DNA of 64,000 nt, taken from the IMG/VR virus record IMGVR_UViG_3300044805_000534. One strand, given 5' to 3'. A program made the position numbers and the translations under genes. Origin of the DNA: an uncultured virus (IMG/VR IMGVR_UViG_3300044805_000534) (taxonomy: Duplodnaviria > Heunggongvirae > Uroviricota > Caudoviricetes). Shown here piece by piece: positions 29,145 to 38,094 of this stretch (its first letter is position 1; the number at the start of each line of letters is the position of its first letter). Below the pieces are notes generated by a model. That model ran no database searches and was not told the origin of the DNA. It saw only the letters and a list, made by a program, of their open reading frames with translations.

Positions 29145-31103
29145 ATGAAAGACTTTATAGCATCGGGCGGTCGAACCAGCGTACAACTATCTAAACTAGA
29201 TGACACTGAAAATAGTTCAGTTTGGACTACTAAAAAGATTGATCAGTTACTAGCTGATTTTGAAAATGGTTTAATTGATATTAAAACTATCAAAAACTCG
29301 CCATTTAAAGACAATGATCCCGCTTGGAAAAAACCAAACTTAGTATTTGAATATTCTCCAGAAGAACTCGAAGAGATAAAAAAGTGTAAATCTGACGTTG
29401 TCTACTTTGCAAATAAGTATGCTCAGGTTTTAACTGAATATGGTGTTGAACAAATTATCTTACGTGATTACCAAGAGGAAATTATTAGAGGATTTGGCGC
29501 AAGTCGATTTAATATCTTAATGGCAAGCCGCCAAATTGGTAAAACTGTAATGTCTGGCGTGTTTGTTGCATGGTATCTTATTTTCCATACTGATAAAAAC
29601 GTATTAGCTGTTGCCAATATTGCGTCAACCACCAAAGAGGTTGTTGATAAAATCAAATCTATTTTTGAAAATCTGCCATTTTTCCTAAAACCCGGCTGTA
29701 TTTCAAATAACGTTATGTCGATGAAGTTCGATAATGGCTGTAGATTAATTGGACGTACCACCACTAAAAATACAGGTATTGGTTTTACCATTCACCTACT
29801 ATACATTGATGAGTTTGCGCATATTTCGCCAGCTTACCTAGATTTCTTTTATCGAGCAATTTACCCTACTATTTCTGCATCAACTACATCCAAGATTATT
29901 ATTACATCAACTCCAAATGGAATGAACAGATTCTATGAAATCTATATGGATGCACTAAATGGACTAAATACCTATGCTCCACTTAGAGTTGACTGGTGGC
30001 AAGTTCCAGGCAGAGATGATAAATGGAAAGCTGAAACTATTGCAAACATGGGATCAGAAGAAGATTTTAACCAGGAATATGGATTGCAATTCTTTTCTTC
30101 AGATAGATTACTATTATCGTCAAAGGATCTTAAGAAAATATTTAGTATTGCAACCAAATACGAAGAACCTCTTAAAATCAATTGGGATCCAGAAGTACTT
30201 GCCTTAATGGAAGGTAATTTTACAGTTCACCCTAACCTAAAGGATTGGGACGAACAGGACTTTAGAAATTCTCCAGATCAATATGTATTTTCAGTCGATA
30301 CTGCAGATGGAACAGGCAAAGACTTTTCAGTTATTAATATTTTTAAAGCAGTAGCCCTTCCAATAAAAACGCTAGAGCCAATTAAAAATCTAATTAAATC
30401 TGAATTAGACTGTATTTCTCTTGTACAGGTTGCAACTTGGAGAAGTAATCGACAAACAATTAATGAATATGCTCAAGTATTAGAATATTTAGTTTACAGA
30501 CTATTTAATTTTGAAAATATTAAAGTCCTAATAGAATTAAACCACAAGGGGGACTTTATTTTGGATAAGATCTCAAGCAACGAACAGTATTGGCCGGGCC
30601 AGTTAATCCACTCTAAACATACTGAAGCAACTAAACTACTTAAACCAGGTCTTAAATTAAGTGTTACTAATAAAATTAAATTCTGCGAAAGATTTAAGTA
30701 TCATGTTAACGTAAATAAGATTTTGCCAAACGAAAGTAAAACCGTAATGGAACTTGGTTCATTTGGTAGATCAACCAATGGTACATACCGAAGCCAAAGC
30801 GGTAATGACGACTTAGCAATGACTTGCGTCAACTCGGCGGCGTTTTTTGACTCTCCAAGCTTTTTAGAGTTAGGTACAGAGGTTTGGGATAGAACTAGTG
30901 AAGAATATAAAAAGGCCGTAACTGAAACAATTTTAAATTCAATTCAGGGAGACGGCTCATCCAAGATTACATCAGATTTAGTAGGTTATCTAAACGATAC
31001 GCCACAAATGAAAAAACCAGGACAAAGACAAGTGTTCGATGCAAATTACTTAGATTCATATAAGCAGACTTTGTCTGGATTTTATGGAGATCAAAAAAAC
31101 TAG
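29145..31103 (+). CDS. terL: Terminase large subunit (T4 gp17-like)
   Basis: LRDYQ, SRQIGKT (Walker A), LYIDEFAH (Walker B), ITSTPNG, FNQEY, SVDTADG and DDLAM nuclease acidic residues. Confidence 0.95.
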   Translation: MKDFIASGGRTSVQLSKLDDTENSSVWTTKKIDQLLADFENGLIDIKTIKNSPFKDNDPAWKKPNLVFEYSPEELEEIKKCKSDVVYFANKYAQVLTEYGVEQIILRDYQEEIIRGFGASRFNILMASRQIGKTVMSGVFVAWYLIFHTDKNVLAVANIASTTKEVVDKIKSIFENLPFFLKPGCISNNVMSMKFDNGCRLIGRTTTKNTGIGFTIHLLYIDEFAHISPAYLDFFYRAIYPTISASTTSKIIITSTPNGMNRFYEIYMDALNGLNTYAPLRVDWWQVPGRDDKWKAETIANMGSEEDFNQEYGLQFFSSDRLLLSSKDLKKIFSIATKYEEPLKINWDPEVLALMEGNFTVHPNLKDWDEQDFRNSPDQYVFSVDTADGTGKDFSVINIFKAVALPIKTLEPIKNLIKSELDCISLVQVATWRSNRQTINEYAQVLEYLVYRLFNFENIKVLIELNHKGDFILDKISSNEQYWPGQLIHSKHTEATKLLKPGLKLSVTNKIKFCERFKYHVNVNKILPNESKTVMELGSFGRSTNGTYRSQSGNDDLAMTCVNSAAFFDSPSFLELGTEVWDRTSEEYKKAVTETILNSIQGDGSSKITSDLVGYLNDTPQMKKPGQRQVFDANYLDSYKQTLSGFYGDQKN

Positions 31104-31109
31104 TGGAGA

Positions 31110-31376
31110 ATGATTAATTTTGACTTAACTCGAGATAGAGATGTTATTTTTAGAAGAACTGTCTCAGCAATTCAACTAGCAATAGAGAAGAATACTGATG
31201 TTGCTGAATTGCCAAATGTTAAAGTTGCCGAATCCGAAATTGATGCATTTGTGTTAAGAGATGGATGGGAAGATGCAATTGAAAAAGCAAAAAAACACTT
31301 CGAAGAACTCGAAGATTACGAAATGTGTCATACTTGTATGTCACTAATTGAGCAAATTAAAAATAACATTAACTAA
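31110..31376 (+). CDS. Hypothetical protein with UVR-like C-terminal motif
   Basis: AKKHFEELEDYEMC...I. Confidence 0.6.
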   Translation: MINFDLTRDRDVIFRRTVSAIQLAIEKNTDVAELPNVKVAESEIDAFVLRDGWEDAIEKAKKHFEELEDYEMCHTCMSLIEQIKNNIN

Positions 31377-32077
31377 TGCAAAGATCCACAAAAAGAAGAG
31401 GTACTGCTGCACAGTCGATTCCAGACTTGCTAAAACAGGTTTCATTAAAGCCTTCACAAAAAGACTATCTTGATACTATTCTAAATAATGATATAACTTT
31501 ATGTTATGGACCAGCTGGAACAAGTAAAACGTTTGTAGCATGTTATGCTTCTATGAAATTACACACAGAAGACAAAATACAGAAAATAATTTTATCCAAA
31601 CCAATTCAGGAATCTGGAGAAAAGCTTGGATTTTTGCCAGGAGATATTAAAGAGAAAATCGATCCATTTATGGAAAGTTATCGAACTAACTTTGAAAAAA
31701 TTATTGGCTGGGATAACTTAGTTAAATTAGAAGGTGATGGTCTTATTGAATTTAGACCAATGGCATATATGCGAGGAGCAACATTTGACAATTGTCTAAT
31801 GGTATTAGATGAAGCACAAAATGCAGATTTTAGACAGTTGATGCTGTTTATTACCAGAATGGGAAAAAATTCAAAGGTATTAATTTGCGGAGATGTAAGT
31901 CAATATGACATATCAAGAGACAAAGTGGCACTTCCTAAATTTATTGAAATGATGAATGGTATTAAAGGAATGGGAATTCACACATTTGGAGACTCAGATA
32001 TCGTTCGTAATAAAATTTTAATAGAAATTACAGAAAGATATGAGAAATGGAAGACCACAAATAAAATTAATTGGTAA
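31376..32077 (+). CDS. phoH: PhoH-family ATPase
   Basis: GPAGTSKT, GEKLGFLPGD, AYMRGATF, LDEAQN, TRMG, GDVSQ.D. Confidence 0.95.
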   Translation: MQRSTKRRGTAAQSIPDLLKQVSLKPSQKDYLDTILNNDITLCYGPAGTSKTFVACYASMKLHTEDKIQKIILSKPIQESGEKLGFLPGDIKEKIDPFMESYRTNFEKIIGWDNLVKLEGDGLIEFRPMAYMRGATFDNCLMVLDEAQNADFRQLMLFITRMGKNSKVLICGDVSQYDISRDKVALPKFIEMMNGIKGMGIHTFGDSDIVRNKILIEITERYEKWKTTNKINW

Positions 32078-32119
32078 ATTAACCTAGTACACAATAACAC
32101 TATCTAGAAAAACACTTTT

Positions 32120-32764
32120 ATGGCAATAAACAAAAAGCTAACGGGTTACGAAGATTTAAACCGTCGACTTAACGATGAAATGCAACAGTTAGCTGAGGCA
32201 ATTTTAGCAAAAACTTTCTCCGAAAGGGACCGGAACCGATTGGTTCGTATTATGGAACCGAAACTTAAATACTTTATTTGGAAGTTCTTTAAAGATAAGG
32301 ACGAAACTGAAGAGGCTCTACACAATACGTTCTTTAAGATATTTAAGTCGCTTGATAGTTACAATCCAAAATACAGATTTACTACTTGGATCTATACTAT
32401 TGCGCGAAATGAATCACTATTACATTTGCATAAACTTAAGCAGCACACGACTACTGATATTGATTTAATTGGAAATTCTCTGTTTTTAGTTGATGATAGT
32501 CGAGATAATTTAGAAAAGGAGTATTCTTTGGAAAACTTATACACTGCAACTATGCTTGCAATTGAAGAAATGCCAGAGTCTTTGGAAAAATCTATCCTAA
32601 TTGATAAGGAACTAAATAAAATGAAAGGCGCTGATATCGCAAACAAATACGATATGAACCTTAATACAGTTAAAACTAAAATACGAAAAGCTCGTAAAAT
32701 ACTAAAAGACTCGGTTTTGGAAACTAATCCGGAACTAGTCGAAAAAATAAAGGATCTTTTTTAA
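32120..32764 (+). CDS. ECF-like sigma-70 family RNA polymerase sigma factor
   Basis: Region 2 (TFFKIFKSLDSYNPKYRFTTWIYTIARNES) and region 4 HTH (IANKYDMNLNTVKTKIRKARKILK). Confidence 0.88.
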   Translation: MAINKKLTGYEDLNRRLNDEMQQLAEAILAKTFSERDRNRLVRIMEPKLKYFIWKFFKDKDETEEALHNTFFKIFKSLDSYNPKYRFTTWIYTIARNESLLHLHKLKQHTTTDIDLIGNSLFLVDDSRDNLEKEYSLENLYTATMLAIEEMPESLEKSILIDKELNKMKGADIANKYDMNLNTVKTKIRKARKILKDSVLETNPELVEKIKDLF

Positions 32765-33261
32765 TGAAATACGTAAATCCAATAGTCTTTATTAAGAAAC
32801 TAGTTGCGCTAATCAAAGAATTAGCCCTATTTAGAAAATATCTTGGGATAATTACCGAATTAGAAGCAGCCGGCGACCTTCAAAAGCTTAACTTAAGACG
32901 AACTAGCTTTGGTCGACTATACTATGTTAAAAATCTTCAACCTGAGGTCTTATTGAATACGGATGATTTGCTTGGATTTGAAATAAACCAGGTTAAAGAA
33001 TCGCTTGCCGATTATAATGACCCAATTACAAAATTGGGAATTATCGATTTTGTTAAAACCGGCTTTAGGAGAATTAAAACGCCAGAGGTCTATGCATATT
33101 TAATATGGATGGATTTTGAGTTTAAGGAAATTAATCTTGAAAGATTTTTTTATGTAATAGCGTATCCGCTAATTGCCGCATTTATAATTATGCAGTTTGT
33201 ACTGCCAGCAGGTAGTCTAGTGGATTGGGCATATGTTTGGAACATGTTAAATGCCAAATAA
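32764..33261 (+). CDS. Hypothetical membrane protein
   Basis: C-terminal hydrophobic segment. Confidence 0.6.
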   Translation: MKYVNPIVFIKKLVALIKELALFRKYLGIITELEAAGDLQKLNLRRTSFGRLYYVKNLQPEVLLNTDDLLGFEINQVKESLADYNDPITKLGIIDFVKTGFRRIKTPEVYAYLIWMDFEFKEINLERFFYVIAYPLIAAFIIMQFVLPAGSLVDWAYVWNMLNAK

Positions 33262-33287
33262 ATAACAGTATCAAATAATATTAAATT

Positions 33288-33563
33288 ATGAACAAAGTAG
33301 AACAATTTTTACAGAAACACGGATTAAAGGTAGTAATATTCTTATTAATTTTAACCTATATGAAATCTTGCGGTGTAGATCGCGAGGTTGTTAAAATAAA
33401 GAAACAATTAACAACTCTAGATTCGATAGCAACAAAAAAGGACCTTGAAATAGAGGGTCTTAAAGCAGAAAAACGAATGATTCAAGCAACCGATCGTAAA
33501 ATGCTAGATGTTCAGCGTCAATCTGAAATTGATGTTGAATTAAAAAAACTTGGAGCACAATAA
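33288..33563 (+). CDS. Small membrane-anchored coiled-coil protein
   Basis: N-terminal hydrophobic stretch ending MKSCG, followed by a coiled coil. Confidence 0.6.
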   Translation: MNKVEQFLQKHGLKVVIFLLILTYMKSCGVDREVVKIKKQLTTLDSIATKKDLEIEGLKAEKRMIQATDRKMLDVQRQSEIDVELKKLGAQ

Positions 33564-34318
33564 TGAAATCTAGAGCAGCCCATTACTTTATAATTGGTTC
33601 TTTTGTTACTCTATATCTCCTAGTATCAATTATTTCAACAATCCACGTAGTAGACTTTTTTAAATTGTCTAATCCAACGTGGCTAGCCATTTCTCTAGCA
33701 ATTGGATTTGAAGTCGGAGCAGCAGCTTCCTTAGCATCTATTATTGTTTTAGATAAAATGAATAAGGGTATTGTTTGGGGACTTTTTATACTTTTAACTG
33801 CTATGCAGGCAATGGGAAATACCTATTATGCATTTTCACACCTAGAAAATTTTACAGGTTGGGTTGAACTGTTTGGCCTTCAAGAAGAGGACCTAATTTA
33901 TCAAAAGCGTATCCTTGCGATTATTTCAGGCGCAGTTTTACCAATTGTCGCGTTAGGTTTTATTAAATCTCTGGTTGACTATATTAAACCAGAAGAGCCT
34001 AAGGCTGAACCAGAAATTTTGGCAGAAGAACCTAAAATATCAGATTTACCTGAATCTGTCATTCCTCAAGTTAGTGATGATTTTCAAATTGGAAACAGCG
34101 GTGCATACGAACACACAGATGAACCTAAAATAGAATCACCGAAACCAATTAAAACGCCTAAGGTTAAAAAGGAGACTCAGCCAGAATCAGTGAAATCTAC
34201 TGGACCAATTGAAGTTGACTTAACTAAACCTAGGCATATTGATTTACTGGAAATTCCAGATAGAGATACCCGAAGACTCTCCGCAGATGAAAGACTCTCT
34301 AGAGGAATTACCCAATAA
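33563..34318 (+). CDS. Multi-pass membrane protein
   Basis: About four hydrophobic helices followed by a charged, Pro-rich tail. Confidence 0.65.
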   Translation: MKSRAAHYFIIGSFVTLYLLVSIISTIHVVDFFKLSNPTWLAISLAIGFEVGAAASLASIIVLDKMNKGIVWGLFILLTAMQAMGNTYYAFSHLENFTGWVELFGLQEEDLIYQKRILAIISGAVLPIVALGFIKSLVDYIKPEEPKAEPEILAEEPKISDLPESVIPQVSDDFQIGNSGAYEHTDEPKIESPKPIKTPKVKKETQPESVKSTGPIEVDLTKPRHIDLLEIPDRDTRRLSADERLSRGITQ

Positions 34319-34351
34319 TTTGGAGGTAAATAATAAAAAGAACGACTGCTA

Positions 34352-35140
34352 ATGTCTTACGTTAAATTTAAAGGTGATCCGAGCTATAAGCGAGTTAACG
34401 CTGGCATGGCTAGGTTATGCGATCCAGTGCCTGTCAAAAAGTCACTTAGACTTATTGATAACTGCTTTTCAATAGTAGACAAAAATGTTAGCCAAGTTGA
34501 TTTATGTGATTTCGGCAAATTAGCTTATCCAACCGATTCATATGCTAAACAAGAGTTGGAAATTTGTCAAGGCGAAACAGCAACAATATTTACAAATAGT
34601 TTATTTGGAGGAACAACCTCAACCGCTGCTACTACACTTAATAGTGCAGCAGTAACCCTAGCCGCAGCCAATCCACTAATTAAAGTTGGTACTAAAGTTT
34701 CAGGAAGCGGTATTTTAGCAGGAACAACGGTTTTAGCAATTGCTGGAACAGCCTTAACTTTATCTGCACAGGCGACTGCAACCGCAGCTGCTTCTGTATT
34801 AACTTTTACTGAAGTATTAAATCTAAATAAAGCTTATGTAAAGGGTATTATTGTATATGTAAACTATCCTACCCTTGATGAAGATGGCGCAGAAATTTCT
34901 CCAGATCAATACCACTTAACCTGTGGAATATCTTCAGTTCTTGCAAATGGCGGAACAAGCGCATCTAACTTTAGTGTTGGACCTGCCTATATGTACTTTG
35001 CACCAGAAGATACGGCGGATCCTACTAAAATTTTAAATAGCTTAACGCTGGCTAACCCAAGCTCAGCATTTAGTGTTAATGTTAGTGTTTTATTAATTAA
35101 AACAAAAACTGACGCTGACCCAAATAATTGTGATTGTTAA
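34352..35140 (+). CDS. Putative structural protein
   Basis: Ala/Thr-rich insert VSGSGILAGTTVLAIAGT.LTLS; GTAAATA upstream. Confidence 0.5.
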   Translation: MSYVKFKGDPSYKRVNAGMARLCDPVPVKKSLRLIDNCFSIVDKNVSQVDLCDFGKLAYPTDSYAKQELEICQGETATIFTNSLFGGTTSTAATTLNSAAVTLAAANPLIKVGTKVSGSGILAGTTVLAIAGTALTLSAQATATAAASVLTFTEVLNLNKAYVKGIIVYVNYPTLDEDGAEISPDQYHLTCGISSVLANGGTSASNFSVGPAYMYFAPEDTADPTKILNSLTLANPSSAFSVNVSVLLIKTKTDADPNNCDC

Positions 35141-35592
35141 TGAGACCAGTAATGTCATTTGGACAAAAGAATAGCTTTATAAGCAGTATTCCATTTCAAG
35201 GCCGTGGTGACTATGGCTTTTCTGCATCAACCTCGTCATTTAGTCCTGGAATTACAATTAAGCTTTTACCACTAGCGGACTTATCGATTCCACAGGAAGT
35301 TGAAACTTCTGAATTTGATGCACTTGTACAGGAACTCAATGATCAATTTAGACCAGGTAAAAGACTAAGCGGAGTTGAAGTAAATTCTCAACACCAAAAA
35401 GGCGGTTCAGCTAAAGTATTTGGTCGTTTCATGGGATTTGAACTAGACAGAAAACACCAGGTAATTAGAGCTTTTATTAGAGACTCTCAATCTAATAAAA
35501 AGGTTGAAGTATACGCATCTTCCCTTATGACAGTTAACGAAGGTTCATCTAGTCATACAAAAACCTTTATTCAGTTTTTAATACAAGACTAG
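35140..35592 (+). CDS. Hypothetical protein
   Basis: TAATG-coupled ATG at 35140; ends HTKTFIQFLIQD. Confidence 0.55.
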   Translation: MRPVMSFGQKNSFISSIPFQGRGDYGFSASTSSFSPGITIKLLPLADLSIPQEVETSEFDALVQELNDQFRPGKRLSGVEVNSQHQKGGSAKVFGRFMGFELDRKHQVIRAFIRDSQSNKKVEVYASSLMTVNEGSSSHTKTFIQFLIQD

Positions 35593-35612
35593 AAAAGGTC
35601 TGTATTAATACA

Positions 35613-36566
35613 ATGCAAGAAATCGATCCAAATGCGGCTCAAGAATATCTAGACCAACTAGATAAAAAGTCAGGCGTAAATACTGGCAAAGCTGCAACTA
35701 AAGAAAAATCTAAAACAAAGGCGAAACTTTCTCAACCTAACGAACTTGGGTTAAAGAATATTCCACTTGAAAATCTTCCAAGTAAAGGCAAATTTTACGT
35801 AGACGGTTTTAGTCTAGCTATTAAATCAGCAACTGTTGCTGAAATTAGACACTGGTCAACCATCGATGAAACTGATATGTTATCAATCGATGATCAATTA
35901 AACTATATCTTAGAACGCTGTTCTGAGGTTAGAATAGATGATGAAATTGTTTCATGGAAAGAAATCTTAGAAATTGACAGATTCTTTATTATCTTCAAAA
36001 TACAAGAATTAACTTTTCCAAATGGTGAAAACCACCTGCCACACCGATTTGAGTGTAACTGTAGCGAGACTAAATATTCTGAAAGGCTTCCAATTGAAAG
36101 TTCAATGCTTAGAATATTTGATTTTCCAGATGAATTAACACAGTTTTATTCAAGCGAAGATAGAGCCTATTCAGTTAAATCTGAAAAAATGAATGCAGAA
36201 TTTAATATCTATATGCCAACTCTAGGTACTATGAATAGACTTAGAGAAATCATAATTGAATTAACTGCGACTGGCCAAGAAATAGACAAAGCCTTTATAA
36301 AGATTGTACCTTATCTAGTTGGAAATTGGGAATCTTTAGATATTTCAGCATATTCTGCTCTAAATCATGAAAGTTTAACCTGGAATATTCCGAAATTTAC
36401 CTTTATTTCAAAATTTGCGGATGAAATACAAAAGGCCAAAAGACAGTTGCTTAAAGCAGACTGCCCTCTGTGTGGATCTAAAATAGACTCACGAATTTTT
36501 TTGGACTCCAGCTTCACTGTTAAAGATCTTTTCCTTATTTCAACTGGATTTAGTGAACTTGTTTGA
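35613..36566 (+). CDS. Baseplate hub assembly protein (T4 gp26-like)
   Basis: LPSKGKFY near the N-terminus, DRFFI, internal CNC and C-terminal CPLCG; followed by a small gp51-like ORF. Confidence 0.65.
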   Translation: MQEIDPNAAQEYLDQLDKKSGVNTGKAATKEKSKTKAKLSQPNELGLKNIPLENLPSKGKFYVDGFSLAIKSATVAEIRHWSTIDETDMLSIDDQLNYILERCSEVRIDDEIVSWKEILEIDRFFIIFKIQELTFPNGENHLPHRFECNCSETKYSERLPIESSMLRIFDFPDELTQFYSSEDRAYSVKSEKMNAEFNIYMPTLGTMNRLREIIIELTATGQEIDKAFIKIVPYLVGNWESLDISAYSALNHESLTWNIPKFTFISKFADEIQKAKRQLLKADCPLCGSKIDSRIFLDSSFTVKDLFLISTGFSELV

Positions 36567-36744
36567 AACTAACAAGTTCTTAGCCGTGAAGCTGAATCAA
36601 TCGCTAGATGTATTGTACAGCCTACCATTTTATGAATATTCAATCTACTTAACTATCACAAATAAACAGATTTCTGATAACAATGCTCGAATTGAATCTG
36701 AGCTAGACGCTGGTCTTCCAAATTTACCAGGAAAGTTGGCGTAA
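36553..36744 (+). CDS. Baseplate hub assembly catalyst (gp51-like)
   Basis: 63 aa, LYSLPFYEYSIYL; position after the gp26-like gene. Confidence 0.5.
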   Translation: MNLFETNKFLAVKLNQSLDVLYSLPFYEYSIYLTITNKQISDNNARIESELDAGLPNLPGKLA

Positions 36745-36788
36745 TCAATTTTCGAAAAAATTTCAATAAATAACAAAAAGAAGTATAG

Positions 36789-37838
36789 ATGGAACTTTTT
36801 ATTGATCTTGCTAAGATTGCCGAGGGTCAGCCAGAACCTATTCTGCCTGGGATAAATTTAAATCTATCTGGACTCGTTAATTTTAACAAGCCAGAAGAGT
36901 CTCCTAATGTTGCACAAGGTCAGTTAAAAACTGAAACCGAGCTAACTATACCTAATTTTAATCCGCTAGAGTATTTTGCTCAAATCCAAGCTGAATTTGC
37001 TAAAATTAAATCGGCACAGGAGTCAGTTTCTATTAAAGATGATGTTAAAACCTTTCAGGCAGTTCAGCAAAATTCAAATGCTGCGCTTGATCCACTTGCA
37101 TCCTATTTTGAGCAAAGATTTAATAAAATCGAAACTATTACTAGTGATAAAGAAGAGATTCGACAATTAATTCAGGGACAATCCGATAACAGATTTTCTG
37201 ATATTCAATCTATTATAACTAATCAACTTACCCAAACAGCTGAACTTGAAAAAGAAAGTTCAATAAGTTCAATCTCAAATACAATAGGCGCACTGGTTAC
37301 AGAGTTAACTGAAAAACCTAAACTGACTCAGCCTGAAAATATTGCTGCAGTTGCATCAACTAACTTAATAAATTCACAAGAGACTAGATTTGACCAAACT
37401 TCACAGAATGTTTCAAATCTATCTGAAACTATTTCTAACTTTGCAACAAATATACTTAACGGCGGGGTAGGCGGAGCCACCTCAGCCCCAGGCGAAGTTA
37501 GTAAAAATATGACATTTAGCGAACCAAATAAAAGTACGCTTCAAATTACAAAGGATATTGTTAAACCCGATTTTGGAGCTGCCTCGTTATCTGCACTTAA
37601 GCAAATGGCAGAAAATACCCAAACTTTAACTAATTCATCAAATTTTGTAACAAGCGAAAATTCTCAGTATAATACTAATACAGTTAATCAAGGCCAAGCT
37701 CAACCTAATATGGAAATGCCAACAGCCGGCGGCGGAAATACTGTGGTTATGCCAGGCGGACAGTCGGATAATTCAGCAGTATATCTTATGCAAATGCTAA
37801 ACTTAATGAAGTCTGGCCAACTTAGAGTTAAATTATAA
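36789..37838 (+). CDS. Hypothetical protein (probably virion/tail)
   Basis: 349 aa, Q/S/N/T-rich; ATAAATA upstream. Confidence 0.55.
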   Translation: MELFIDLAKIAEGQPEPILPGINLNLSGLVNFNKPEESPNVAQGQLKTETELTIPNFNPLEYFAQIQAEFAKIKSAQESVSIKDDVKTFQAVQQNSNAALDPLASYFEQRFNKIETITSDKEEIRQLIQGQSDNRFSDIQSIITNQLTQTAELEKESSISSISNTIGALVTELTEKPKLTQPENIAAVASTNLINSQETRFDQTSQNVSNLSETISNFATNILNGGVGGATSAPGEVSKNMTFSEPNKSTLQITKDIVKPDFGAASLSALKQMAENTQTLTNSSNFVTSENSQYNTNTVNQGQAQPNMEMPTAGGGNTVVMPGGQSDNSAVYLMQMLNLMKSGQLRVKL

Positions 37839-37842
37839 TAAT

Positions 37843-38067
37843 ATGGAAATACCAACAAATATCAAAATTGAAGCAAAGGGTATCGTCCTTGAATATTCTC
37901 AAATATTTGAAGAATTAGAAAGGCTTGAAATGATGGCTTCTAACCTAGAATTACAAAAAGATTTATTATTGAGCAGACTAGAGTCGCTAAGAGATCGCGA
38001 ACACATGCTAATAGATAATATAGGAATAGTCGATAAAAAAATTACGTTAAACGAACTTTTATCGTAA
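37843..38067 (+). CDS. Hypothetical coiled-coil protein
   Basis: 74 aa with Leu heptads. Confidence 0.55.
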   Translation: MEIPTNIKIEAKGIVLEYSQIFEELERLEMMASNLELQKDLLLSRLESLRDREHMLIDNIGIVDKKITLNELLS

Positions 38068-38094
38068 GTCCATAAAAATTAGTATAGAGCAAAA

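Noticed and set aside
29145..31103. Intein or intron in terminase
   Set aside because: ORF is continuous with normal motif spacing and no Hint or homing-endonuclease motifs
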